Below are positions 53,018 through 61,730 of a DNA stretch of 64,000 bases, piece after piece; position 1 is the stretch's first letter; the number at the start of each line of letters is the position of its first letter. The notes beneath the pieces are model-generated. The model made no database searches, was not told the origin of the DNA, and worked only from the letters and a program-made list of their open reading frames with translations. The DNA is taken from the NCBI GenBank assembly GCA_964597035.1, contig CAZQWM010000008.1, positions 12,679 to 76,678 on the forward strand, read 5' to 3'. Both the position numbers and the translations under genes were made by a program. This stretch comes from an uncultured Pirellulales bacterium (GTDB lineage Bacteria; Planctomycetota; Phycisphaerae; Sedimentisphaerales; Anaerobacaceae).

Positions 53018-54523
53018 CTATGCCTTTTCTTGGAGCCAGTTTACGAATAACCTTCTTGCCTGCTCAGGGTTGCTTCGCATTACTTCCGCCAATTGCCTGC
53101 GCACCACAACCGGTTCCACGCCGCCCGCCCCGGGAAGCATACCGGCTGCCTCTGCTCCTGCCGGAAGCTCCGCTATGGCTGTCTGGCCCTCCACTTTCTT
53201 CCGCGCTTTTGTGAATACCCTCAGCACGATTAATGCGCAAAATGCCGTAATACCTAATGAGGCGTTGCGGGCAATCGTTATATAATCCAGCTTTTTCGGC
53301 TCCTCCTGCTGCTCGGCACTGACAATTGGCCGGAAGAACCTCGCCTCGACGACCTTCAGCGAATCTCTTCCGTTAAGCTCCAGCCCAAGCGCCGTCTCGA
53401 TTAATTTCTCAACGTCCGCAAGCTGCATTATCTTTGCTCCTTCTACCGTTGACTCCGTCCCGTTTACATCGGCCACTGATAAATCCACAACCGCGGCCAC
53501 TGATAGCGTTGTTACGTCGCCAGGAACAATCGCTTTTTGCTCCACTGTCTTGCCTACAACGTATTCCGTTACCACTGTTTCATCTTTCTTCACCCCGCCG
53601 GCCAATGTCCCGCCGCTTTCCGTGCCCGTAGCCGGTTCCGTCTCCGAATTACTCTTTATCTCTTCCTTGGTGGTTACCTTTCCCGTGGGGCTGTAGGTCT
53701 CCGTGACCGTGCTGACGCTGGTCATATCTACCTCCGCGCTTACCCGCACAGTGGCCCGGCCGGGACCTAACACCGCCTGCAGCATCTGTTCGACCTTGTT
53801 CGCAAGGTTCTGTTCCACCCTCTCCCTGTAATCTTGGACCGTCCCGGCACCGCCTGTCAGCGCCTGGTCCGACTGACCGTTGAGAAGTCTCCCGTTGCTG
53901 TCGACGATGGTTACGTTGTCGCTCTTGAGACCCTCAACGCTGCCTGCAACTAAATTGGCAATTGCCGCGATGTTTGAGTTGCTCAGCTTGTAGCCCGGCT
54001 TTAATTTCAGAACTACCGATGCGCTTGTCTGCTGTTCGCTCGAGGTAAATACCGTCTGGTTGCTGCTTACTATATGGACGCGTGCATTCAGCACCCCTTC
54101 AATCATCTGGATGCTTCTGGCGAGCTCGTCCTGCAAAGCACGTTTGAGATTGACGTTCTGAACAAACGGGCTTACTCCGATTTTCTCGTTGTCGAATATA
54201 CTGTAGCCGCTTTTTCCACCCGTCGGCAGCCCTTCCTTGGCGAGGTCCAGCCGGAGCTGGTAAACCATCTCTCTCGGAACGTATACGCTTTTGCCCCCGT
54301 TTCGCAATTCGTATGCGATGCCTTTCTCGCTGATTTTGTCGGTTATCTTGGCCGCCTCTTCCGGGCCAAGCTCCGAGTACAGCATTGTCATATCAGGCAG
54401 CCGTGCCCAGTAAGTTAAAAGCGCTCCTATGATGCACATCGTAATGACAATCGCCGCCAGCAGCGTTCGCTGCACTATGTTTATCTTCTGCCAAACCGCG
54501 ACAAGTTTCTCAAAAAAGTTCAT
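53018..54523 (-). CDS. fliF: flagellar MS-ring protein FliF
   Basis: N-terminal TM segment, LYSELGPEEAAKITDKISEKGIAYEL, ELARSIQMIEGVLNARVHIV, a second TM segment near the C-terminus, and a C-terminal FliG-binding tail. Confidence 0.93.
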   Translation of the reverse strand: MNFFEKLVAVWQKINIVQRTLLAAIVITMCIIGALLTYWARLPDMTMLYSELGPEEAAKITDKISEKGIAYELRNGGKSVYVPREMVYQLRLDLAKEGLPTGGKSGYSIFDNEKIGVSPFVQNVNLKRALQDELARSIQMIEGVLNARVHIVSSNQTVFTSSEQQTSASVVLKLKPGYKLSNSNIAAIANLVAGSVEGLKSDNVTIVDSNGRLLNGQSDQALTGGAGTVQDYRERVEQNLANKVEQMLQAVLGPGRATVRVSAEVDMTSVSTVTETYSPTGKVTTKEEIKSNSETEPATGTESGGTLAGGVKKDETVVTEYVVGKTVEQKAIVPGDVTTLSVAAVVDLSVADVNGTESTVEGAKIMQLADVEKLIETALGLELNGRDSLKVVEARFFRPIVSAEQQEEPKKLDYITIARNASLGITAFCALIVLRVFTKARKKVEGQTAIAELPAGAEAAGMLPGAGGVEPVVVRRQLAEVMRSNPEQARRLFVNWLQEKA

Positions 54524-54566
54524 ATCCTCTGCCCGCTTGTATTTTGCCCAATCACGCCGTTACCGG

Positions 54567-54881
54567 TTATAATGGCATATTCATAGTCTGCTTATACGCG
54601 TCGATAAGCTTGTTCCGCACGCCAACTAAAACCTTGAAGCTGATGTCCGCCTTCGCCACCGCGGCTACCACCGATGCGATGTCCTGATTTCGACCGGCTA
54701 ACAAATCCTGTATTGACATATCCGATGACTGCTGAAGCCCGTCGACCTCCGTCAGGTACTTGCCTAATGCCTTTACTGTGCCGGAAAAGTCTCCCTGCTC
54801 GCCGGCCTGGTTGCCGGCCTTTTGCGCCTGCTGGAGAAGATTGTTGGTTGCTGAACTTACGTTCGGGTCAAAGTTAATCAT
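54567..54881 (-). CDS. fliE: flagellar hook-basal body protein FliE
   Basis: 104 aa; the C-terminal AVAKADISFKVLVGVRNKLIDAYKQTMNMPL is the FliE signature. Confidence 0.9.
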   Translation of the reverse strand: MINFDPNVSSATNNLLQQAQKAGNQAGEQGDFSGTVKALGKYLTEVDGLQQSSDMSIQDLLAGRNQDIASVVAAVAKADISFKVLVGVRNKLIDAYKQTMNMPL

Positions 54882-54896
54882 TGTCTTTCACCTCAC

Positions 54897-55301
54897 CTAT
54901 CGAAGAAGTTCGAGTGTCGCATCGACCATTTGCTGATACCGCCGAAGCACTGCCGCATTCGCCTGGTATGTCCGCGTCGCCACTGTAAGGTTCATCATCT
55001 CGACGGGAATGCTCACGTTTGGCATTCGGACATAGCCGTTCTCGTCTGCATCCGGGTGCCCCGGCTCAAGCACTCTGCTAAAATCACTCATATCCTTTGC
55101 TATCCGCTCTACCTCGACTCCGCTTATACCGTCAGTTTCCGTTTTGAGTATCGCCTCAAGCCGTCGGTATGGTTCGCCTTTGCCCGCGTCGGTCGTCCTC
55201 GAATTGGAGATGTTCGACGAAATTACCTCCATCTGCTTGTTCTGCGCCCGCAAACCCGACACGGCAATGTCTATTGGCCCGAATCCGTTTTCGATTCTCA
55301 T
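54897..55301 (-). CDS. flgC: flagellar proximal rod protein FlgC
   Basis: DIAVSGLRAQNKQMEVISSNISNSRTT...GYVRMPNVSIPVEMMNLTVATRTYQANAAV. Confidence 0.95.
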   Translation of the reverse strand: MRIENGFGPIDIAVSGLRAQNKQMEVISSNISNSRTTDAGKGEPYRRLEAILKTETDGISGVEVERIAKDMSDFSRVLEPGHPDADENGYVRMPNVSIPVEMMNLTVATRTYQANAAVLRRYQQMVDATLELLR

Positions 55302-55315
55302 CTTTTGACTCCCGG

Positions 55316-55687
55316 CTATCTGATGGTGATTGCATTATCGATTTGACTGTATTTCTTGTTCAACAGGCGAATCAACGCCTTGTGCCTCAGGGCATTCTTC
55401 ACTAATTCGCCCACTTCAACTTCGAGGTTGACGTCATTGCCATCCGGTTTCACAGCCGTGTTTTTGGGACGGTACATCTGCGGCACGAACTCTTCCAGGT
55501 CCTCTAAGTCCCCTAAGTCCCCGGACTCCATCGCCTTGGCTAAAAGCTCTTCGAACTTCACGTCAAGACGCCGATAACCGGGCGTGCGCATATTGGCGAT
55601 GTTATTGGCAATCGCCTGCTGGCGCATCGCTTCAGCTCTTAGCCCCGCCTCGAGCAGTTCCACTATGCCCGTTTTGGACATCTGCAA
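55316..55687 (-). CDS. flgB: flagellar proximal rod protein FlgB
   Basis: LEAGLRAEAMRQQAIANNIANMRTPGYRR...GNDVNLEVEVGELVKNALRHKALIRLL. TTG at 55687 or ATG at 55681. Confidence 0.9.
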   Translation of the reverse strand: MQMSKTGIVELLEAGLRAEAMRQQAIANNIANMRTPGYRRLDVKFEELLAKAMESGDLGDLEDLEEFVPQMYRPKNTAVKPDGNDVNLEVEVGELVKNALRHKALIRLLNKKYSQIDNAITIR

Positions 55688-55728
55688 GCCCTGAAAAATA
55701 TGGTTAACCTTTTCTTATCCGCCTGAAG

Positions 55729-55745
55729 TTGCAACGCTCGTGCCA
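55729..55745 (-). promoter_or_regulatory. sigma54-type promoter (TGGCAC-N5-TTGCA)
   Basis: The reverse complement reads TGGCACGAGCGTTGCAA. It lies about 42 nt upstream of the flgB start. Confidence 0.75.
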
Positions 55746-56063
55746 GAAATGACTTTTTGGCTCGGCGGGATTGTTTAAGCTCGTTTTTTGTGAAAAATCG
55801 CCTGTTTTGACTCTCAAACTCGCGGTTTATAGAGATGATTACCGTTCGGTTTCTATACAACAAGCCCTGTTTCTTGACGACGAGAAAAAGGGGGCAGGAG
55901 TCTTTTTGAGATTGCCGTAAGGAAATTGTTTCCTCGCAGGCCGGAACATTTTACCGGCTTTCGATTCCGGCTCAACATCTTTACGAAAAAACACTTTTTA
56001 TATAATACTTAAGTCCTATGCTAACAAGGTCTTATGGCTGTATGTATGCGGCAGGGCCTGAAG

Positions 56064-56079
56064 TGGCATCCTGATTGCT
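56064..56079 (+). promoter_or_regulatory. sigma54-type promoter (TGGCAT-N5-TTGCT)
   Basis: Reads TGGCATCCTGATTGCT. It ends 24 nt upstream of the fliK ATG, and is divergent from the flgB promoter about 320 nt away. Confidence 0.7.
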
Positions 56080-56102
56080 AACATTCGTCTTAGTTTTGCG
56101 CT

Positions 56103-57884
56103 ATGAATATAGGTCCATTAACAACTGATTTGTTATTCGCAGCGTCTTTGGAGCGGACGCAGGATTTTGCTGCGCGCAACTCAACAGCATCAAACTCTAA
56201 AAGCCGCGATAATGGTCTTACAAAACGCCCCGAAGGCGAATTCGCTGATAGCGATTACGTTTCGATTCATAGCGAATCTGCAAAACGCTCTGCCGAGAAT
56301 ACTCAGTCCGATAAAACATCTCAGAACACACAGAAAACAACGGAAAATGCGACCGAGAACGATTTTCATGAGATTCTCGAAAACCGGCTCATAATTGCCC
56401 AACAAAATAATGGAAAACGTGAAAAATCGGATATGGATAAAACGGCAAAGACCGTCGAATCCTCAAAACAGGATATTACGCTTACACTGGATGGACTACG
56501 AGATGTTATTGGTGTTGCCACTGGTCAAAAACAACAGGGTAAAGTGGTCCTTGGCCAGGAAGGCCGGCTAAGCACGCTTAACGATAAGTGTATAGACGGG
56601 GATGCTTCGGGGCAGTCACAAGCGGTTGACAAAGCAACGAATACAGCAGCCGAAGTAAATCCCGGCCAAAACGATAAAGCCAATATAGCTCAAGCGAGCT
56701 TGCCTTTACTCGCAAAAGTTGATTCAGCCGAGACATCAAAAACAACTCAGTCGCAAACGGTTAACGCTGCTCAGGATGCCACACAGGACAAAACCGAAGC
56801 CCTTCAACAGGCGTTACTAACTTCTGCAGACCATAAAACAGCCCCTCAGCAAAATGTTCAGCCCACAAAACAAAACAATACCGCTTCTTTACTTCCGCAA
56901 AGTAAACCGGCCGGGATAGCGTTCGACGGCTCAGAAAACTCAAACGACAAGCTAATCGAGTCAGGCAGGAATGCGGAGTTGTCAAATACACTGAATAACA
57001 GCAACGCTTTGATTGCAGCAAACGTGAAAAATAATGGAAATAACGAAGCCGGCCAGGTGCAGACCGACAAGGCAGGGAAGCTGTCTGATAATTGGGAGAT
57101 AGCTCGTCCCAATAACATTCAGGTTCAGCTCACAAATGATGGGCAGGGAAGCCCTCAGCACCTGGCTGGCCAACGCTCCGGTTACGACGCAATATTCGCC
57201 CAGTCGGCTGAAAAATTCGGTATTGAATCGGCTGAGCTGTTCTCTAAAAAGCAGGGCGGTACTGACTCTAAAAAACTACAATCCAACCGTGGCCAGGATG
57301 TCGGCCTTGAGCTGACTAATGGTGTTGCCGCAAATCGTCTAATGGCCCAGACCAGCGGAACTCCTGTCGCTAAAAGTGCAACTGTCTCCGACCCTGCCGC
57401 TGCGGTAAAAGAGCAGATTCGCGAGTCAATCCAATCCTCGCTCCAGCAGGGAAACCGCCAGATTACAATTCAGCTTCATCCGCCCGAGCTTGGTAGGGTG
57501 TATGTAAAGTTCAGCCAGCAGGGTAACGAGCTTACAGGCCTGCTGGAGACAACCAATCCACAGACCAGGGGAGAGATTCAACAGGCAATCCCTGAAGTAA
57601 TGCGCGCTCTTGAGCAGTTGGGCATTGCGATAAGACGTATTGATGTCACGCTTTCGGATTCGTTTAGGCAGTCGGCCCAGCAGTCCTGGCGGGATAGTTA
57701 CTCTCACGATGCCTCGGAACAGTTTGCTCATCACAGCTTCAATGATTCCGGCTCAAATAGGCCGTGGGACGATTCGTTTGCCGCAACGGAATATCTCGCG
57801 GACGCAACTGCATTCAATTCACAAACAACCTCCGGTGCACATCAATCATCACCCTCAAACGAGTTGCTGGATGTCTTAATCTAA
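56103..57884 (+). CDS. fliK: flagellar hook-length control protein FliK
   Basis: Long Q/N/S/T/A-rich low-complexity N-terminal region, and a C-terminal Flg_hook-type domain ITIQLHPPELGRVYVKFSQQGNELTGLLETTNPQTRGEIQQAIPEVMRALEQLGI. Confidence 0.85.
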   Translation: MNIGPLTTDLLFAASLERTQDFAARNSTASNSKSRDNGLTKRPEGEFADSDYVSIHSESAKRSAENTQSDKTSQNTQKTTENATENDFHEILENRLIIAQQNNGKREKSDMDKTAKTVESSKQDITLTLDGLRDVIGVATGQKQQGKVVLGQEGRLSTLNDKCIDGDASGQSQAVDKATNTAAEVNPGQNDKANIAQASLPLLAKVDSAETSKTTQSQTVNAAQDATQDKTEALQQALLTSADHKTAPQQNVQPTKQNNTASLLPQSKPAGIAFDGSENSNDKLIESGRNAELSNTLNNSNALIAANVKNNGNNEAGQVQTDKAGKLSDNWEIARPNNIQVQLTNDGQGSPQHLAGQRSGYDAIFAQSAEKFGIESAELFSKKQGGTDSKKLQSNRGQDVGLELTNGVAANRLMAQTSGTPVAKSATVSDPAAAVKEQIRESIQSSLQQGNRQITIQLHPPELGRVYVKFSQQGNELTGLLETTNPQTRGEIQQAIPEVMRALEQLGIAIRRIDVTLSDSFRQSAQQSWRDSYSHDASEQFAHHSFNDSGSNRPWDDSFAATEYLADATAFNSQTTSGAHQSSPSNELLDVLI

Positions 57885-58035
57885 GGTATGGCGTCCCCAT
57901 GCTTGTAGTCGCAGTTGTCGCGTGACATTTTTTTGTCACCTTGAATTTCTCGGACGTTATCAACCCTGTTTCAGCGTCCCAGACGCCCATATTACAGGGC
58001 CAAAATATTGTCGCCTGCCGCATCGATTAACTCCC

Positions 58036-58062
58036 TTAAGTCCCCGTTTTCATAATCGATAA
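58036..58062 (+). promoter_or_regulatory. sigma28-type promoter (TTAAG-N14/15-ATCGATAA)
   Basis: CTTAAGTCCCCGTTTTCATAATCGATAATG. The -10 core CGATAA is exact and the -35 element matches 3 of 4 positions. It lies about 125 nt upstream of the flagellin ATG. Confidence 0.6.
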
Positions 58063-58186
58063 TGACAGTTGGAAGCTCGCTACGTGCTCGTAGCACGATA
58101 AAGGAGTTGTATCGCAGGTCTTCAATGGCCCCCGCGATGAAAGAGAGCTGAGGATTTGATGGAATGGCTTTTAAGGAGTTAGAAAT

Positions 58187-58999
58187 ATGTTAGTTATTAA
58201 AAACAACATTATGGCGGCAAACGCCGCTCGCCACCTGGGCCAGAGCTATGATGCCTTGGCTACGTCGGTCGAGAGGTTGTCGTCGGGCCTGCGCATCAAC
58301 ACCGCAAAGGATGATGCCGCTGGTCTCGCCGTCCGCGAATTGATGAGGGCGGACATCGCCGTGCTTCAACAGGGAGCACGAAACGCCCAGGACGGCATCA
58401 GTCTTCTGCAGACCGCAGAGGGTGGTATGCAGACCATCGACAACCTGCTTGTCCGTATGAAACAGTTGGCTGAACAGGCCGCCACCGGAACCTATACATC
58501 TGACCAGTTGTCCATTATGGACACCGAGTTTGATGAGCTTGCCGAGGAAATCGAGCGTATCGCCGGCTCCGCCAAGTTTAACGGAACCAGCCTGCTCGAC
58601 AGCGCAACAGGCACCGTTTCGGTCGTGTTTGGCACTGCGGACGATGCAATCACGGTCAATATGAAGGATATGACTAAGGAAGGACTTGGTATCGATGCGC
58701 TCAGTATCACCTCCGATGACAGTGCTATGACGGCACTTTCAACGCTTGACACCGCCATTGGCACCGCCACAACAGCTCGGGCGGAATTTGGTGCAAAGAT
58801 GAACCGCTTGATGACGTCGGTGGAAGTGCTCAACATTCAGGCCGAAAACCTGATGTCAGCCGAGTCACGTGTCTCAGACGTCGATGTAGCTACGGAAATG
58901 GCTGCGATGACAAGGAACCAGGTTCTTGCACAGGCCGGTGTCGCGATGTTGGCGCAGGCAAATATGATGCCGACTATGGCGCTGACTCTGCTGGGCTAA
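58187..58999 (+). CDS. fliC: flagellin
   Basis: N-terminal NIMAANAARHLGQSYDALATSVERLSSGLRINTAKDDAAGLAV and C-terminal ESRVSDVDVATEMAAMTRNQVLAQAGVAMLAQANMMPTMALTLL. At only 270 aa it has essentially D0/D1 with a short middle. Confidence 0.95.
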   Translation: MLVIKNNIMAANAARHLGQSYDALATSVERLSSGLRINTAKDDAAGLAVRELMRADIAVLQQGARNAQDGISLLQTAEGGMQTIDNLLVRMKQLAEQAATGTYTSDQLSIMDTEFDELAEEIERIAGSAKFNGTSLLDSATGTVSVVFGTADDAITVNMKDMTKEGLGIDALSITSDDSAMTALSTLDTAIGTATTARAEFGAKMNRLMTSVEVLNIQAENLMSAESRVSDVDVATEMAAMTRNQVLAQAGVAMLAQANMMPTMALTLLG

Positions 59000-59030
59000 C
59001 ACCTGGAAAACTGTGATTTGAAGTGAATGG

Positions 59031-59076
59031 GGGGAGGTGGCTGTCGCCACAGGCATAGTCGCCTCCCCATCTTTTT
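59031..59076 (+). terminator. rho-independent terminator after flagellin
   Basis: GGGGAGGTG...CGCCTCCCC stem (9 bp with one G-U pair) followed by ATCTTTTT. Confidence 0.7.
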
Positions 59077-59090
59077 AATCACGAAACCAG

Positions 59091-59119
59091 GTGGCACGGG
59101 ATTCAAACCCGTGGAAAAC
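59091..59119. repeat. REP-like hairpin element, copy A (GTGGCACGGGATTCAAACCCGTGGAAAAC)
   Basis: Palindrome CACGGG-N7-CCCGTG. A near-identical element lies at 61731-61758. Both lie shortly 3' of a terminator. Confidence 0.6.
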
Positions 59120-59171
59120 AAAACTCACTGTTTGTTAAAACGCATCGTATGATGCTTAAAGGAGCAGTCGG

Positions 59172-59531
59172 ATGAAAGGACTCGATGTATACAAGGACCA
59201 CGCCGTTAGTACCCAGGGCAAAGGCCGTCTTATCGTTATGCTATATGAGGGTGCTATCAAGTTTATGAATCTCGCAATCGAGCAGATGCAGGCCGGAAAT
59301 CTCGACGAAAAAAGCCGATACATCTCTAGGGCACAGGACATTATCAACGAGCTTAATGCCGTCCTCGATATGGATGAAGGCGGCCAGGTCGCTACAAATC
59401 TCCGCCAGCTTTACAGCTTTATGACAAGACGCCTCTCAGAGGCAAACACTAAGCAGGACACGCAAATGGTTCGCGATGTTATAAGCTTGATGCAGGAGCT
59501 GCACCAGGGCTGGAAGGCAATAACCTGCTGA
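59172..59531 (+). CDS. fliS: flagellin-specific chaperone FliS
   Basis: GRLIVMLYEGAIKFMNLAIEQM...KSRYISRAQDIINELNAVLDMDEGGQVATNLRQLYSFMTRRLSEAN is a typical FliS. Confidence 0.92.
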   Translation: MKGLDVYKDHAVSTQGKGRLIVMLYEGAIKFMNLAIEQMQAGNLDEKSRYISRAQDIINELNAVLDMDEGGQVATNLRQLYSFMTRRLSEANTKQDTQMVRDVISLMQELHQGWKAITC

Positions 59532-59632
59532 CGGATTCTTCCCTTGGAACTCGCATTTCTTTAAAAGGCAAAGGGCACTTCCCGTTTCTATTCAGCTTGT
59601 TTATGTCTGGTTCCTCTAAGGACTGGGAAAAA

Positions 59633-59662
59633 AGAAGCCGGTCTTTAGACCGGCTTCTTTGC
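59633..59662. terminator. bidirectional rho-independent terminator
   Basis: AGAAGCCGGTC-TTTA-GACCGGCTTCT: an 11-bp perfect stem, flanked by an A-run on the left and a T-rich stretch on the right. It lies between the convergent fliS and HTH-receiver genes. Confidence 0.8.
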
Positions 59663-59690
59663 TTGAAAATTGCTTGGTGTTCTGCTGTCG

Positions 59691-60263
59691 CTAATAGATT
59701 ATTGCTGTGGCCTCTTCTATCTTTCTGACGACCTCGGAAACATCGTCGGGTCTTGATACATACCCGTCAAAACCCTTCTGAATAAGTGCAGTGGCTTCGC
59801 TGGTAGTCAGATTGTTCGCAAGGGCGATAATCTTGATGGTTTGCAGCTCTTCATCTGCTCGTATATTCCTGCAGATTTCAGCCGCATCTATATCTCTGGC
59901 TAAAAGGTTCACAAGCAGAACGTGCGGTGCAAATCTCTGGACTTCGCTGCCGGTCTCAAAGTTGTTCCGGACCACTCTGACCTCATAATCCGAATTTTCT
60001 TTCAGCATGTTTGCTAGGGCCGATTCTGTGTCACCGTTGACTATCACCACGCGCATTTTGTCGACAGGCAGCGACGGCACTGGCATATCATGCTGCTTCA
60101 TAAATCGAATCAGCTCGTTGACCGGTATCCGCCTGTCCCTGCTTCCCGGTATCCGGTAACCCCTGAGCTGGCCGCTGTCGAACCATTTCGACACCGTCCG
60201 CGGCGCAACGTTGCATATCTTCGCAACGTCGCCTGTAGTCAGTACGTTTTTCCCTTTTGCCAT
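59691..60263 (-). CDS. excisionase/MerR-type HTH fused to a degenerate receiver domain
   Basis: N-terminal LTTGDVAKICNVAPRTVSKWFDSGQLRGYRIPGSRDRRI (excisionase-family HTH). The C-terminal CheY-like fold (RVVIVNGDTE...HVLLVNLLARDIDAAEICRNIR...IIALAN...YVSRP) has Asn at the phospho-acceptor position. Confidence 0.85.
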   Translation of the reverse strand: MAKGKNVLTTGDVAKICNVAPRTVSKWFDSGQLRGYRIPGSRDRRIPVNELIRFMKQHDMPVPSLPVDKMRVVIVNGDTESALANMLKENSDYEVRVVRNNFETGSEVQRFAPHVLLVNLLARDIDAAEICRNIRADEELQTIKIIALANNLTTSEATALIQKGFDGYVSRPDDVSEVVRKIEEATAIIY

Positions 60264-60567
60264 TTTAATATCCCCGTTTGTGTCCGAACGCTACGTCTGC
60301 CCATAGTTTATCGACTTGATAATGGGCCTTGTTTAGCACGTCTAATCCACTTTCAAGTCCTTTGTTTGATACGACCTTTTGCCATTGTTACTACGTCCCA
60401 TAAGCACAATTGGTTTGCGTTGCTAAAATCGACCGTTTTTCCCGCCCGGGCCTGATATGCCCTGACTTGTCTGGATTGTCAGGCCGGGTTAGAAAGTCTT
60501 TGGCTTTCTTTAGTGCCGGTAGTAAAATGGTTCTGTTTGTTTTATGCGCCTGTGATTTGATAAGGAG

Positions 60568-61692
60568 TTGCTTGTGCGAATATACCTGTCCCGGCCCGAC
60601 ATAACAGAAAAAGAGATTCAGGCCGTAACTGAAGTGCTGCAAGGCCCAAATCTTTCGCTGGGGCCGAAACTGCCGGAATTCGAACAGGCGTTTACAAGCT
60701 ACATTGGCACAAAGCGGGCCGTCGCCGTAAACAGCGGAACAAGTGGCCTGTTTTTGTGTTTGCTCGCTCTCGGTATCGGACCCGGTGATGAAGTCATCAC
60801 AACGCCCTTCACGTTTATCGCAACATCCAACGTTATAATTATGACCGGCGCCAAACCCGTCTTTGTCGATATCGACCCTGTGACTTTGAATATAGACGTA
60901 TCCAAAATTGAATCTAAAATCACGAAAAAGACCAGAGCAATCATACCCGTAGAGGTCTTCGGCAGCCCCGCCGGCTTCGACAAAGTCTCCGAGGTTGCTG
61001 ATAAGCATAAGCTCATCGTCATCGAGGATTGCTGTGAGGCACTCGGCTCATCGCTCAACGCCAAAAAGGCCGGAACCTTCGGCAAAATGAGCGTCTTCGC
61101 CTTCTATCCCAATAAGCAAATCACTACTGGAGAAGGCGGAATGATTCTCACCAACGATGACGCTCTTGCTGATATGTGTGTCTCGCTGCGAAATCAGGGC
61201 AGGGCCTCGGCGGGGGGGTGGTTGAGTCACGAACGACTCGGCTACAACTACCGCCTCAGCGACATAAACTGCGCGCTCGGAATCGCCCAGCTATCGAGAA
61301 TCGATGAAATCAAAGCCAAACGAAAACAGGTCGCAAAATGGTATCAGGAATCCCTTGCTGATGACGAAAGGTTTATTGTTCCGTCCGAGCCGCCCGGCTG
61401 CGACGTTAACTGGTTCGTTTTCGTGATTCGGCTTGCAGAACAGTATAGTCGCCAACAGCGAGATAAAATCCTGCAGCTAATGCGGGATGCGGGCATCCAG
61501 GTCAGCAATTATTTCACCCCGGTTCACCTCCAGCCGTTTATGGTCGAACAGTTCGGCTTCAAAAAAGGCGACTTCCCCGTAACCGAATCAGTCGCCGAAA
61601 GAACAATCGCTCTGCCTTTCTATAACAATCTCACAAAAGCCGAAGTTTCAATCGTCTGCGACGAGCTTCGTAAAGCCGTCGAAAAACTTTGA
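60568..61692 (+). CDS. DegT/DnrJ/EryC1/StrS-family PLP-dependent sugar aminotransferase
   Basis: FEQAFTSYIGTKRAVAVNSGTSGLFLCL, GDEVITTPFTFIATSN, SVFAFYPNKQITTGEGGMILTND (catalytic Lys context) and YNYRLSDINCALGIAQL. TTG at 60568 or GTG at 60574, after AAGGAG. Confidence 0.93.
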   Translation: MLVRIYLSRPDITEKEIQAVTEVLQGPNLSLGPKLPEFEQAFTSYIGTKRAVAVNSGTSGLFLCLLALGIGPGDEVITTPFTFIATSNVIIMTGAKPVFVDIDPVTLNIDVSKIESKITKKTRAIIPVEVFGSPAGFDKVSEVADKHKLIVIEDCCEALGSSLNAKKAGTFGKMSVFAFYPNKQITTGEGGMILTNDDALADMCVSLRNQGRASAGGWLSHERLGYNYRLSDINCALGIAQLSRIDEIKAKRKQVAKWYQESLADDERFIVPSEPPGCDVNWFVFVIRLAEQYSRQQRDKILQLMRDAGIQVSNYFTPVHLQPFMVEQFGFKKGDFPVTESVAERTIALPFYNNLTKAEVSIVCDELRKAVEKL

Positions 61693-61700
61693 TAAAAAAA

Positions 61701-61730
61701 CGCCGTCCCTTAGGGACGGCGCTTGTTTTT
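61701..61730. terminator. bidirectional rho-independent terminator
   Basis: CGCCGTCCC-TTA-GGGACGGCG stem flanked by AAAAAAA (left) and CTTGTTTTT (right). Confidence 0.8.

Noticed and set aside
58090-58186. Three A/GGA motifs (AAGGAG, GAGGAT, AAGGAG at the SD) in the flagellin 5' leader as CsrA binding sites.
   Set aside because: GGA motifs are expected by chance and at any Shine-Dalgarno sequence. There is no csrA or fliW gene in the window to support a FliW-CsrA circuit. This remains untested speculation.
59091-59106. TGGCAC inside the REP-like hairpins (59092 and 61732), and TGGCAC at 33222 upstream of the giant ORF, as sigma54 promoters.
   Set aside because: After the 5-nt spacer the sequences read TCAAA, TCCAA and GGACG, with no GC at the -12 position. 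The first two are better explained as palindromic repeats.
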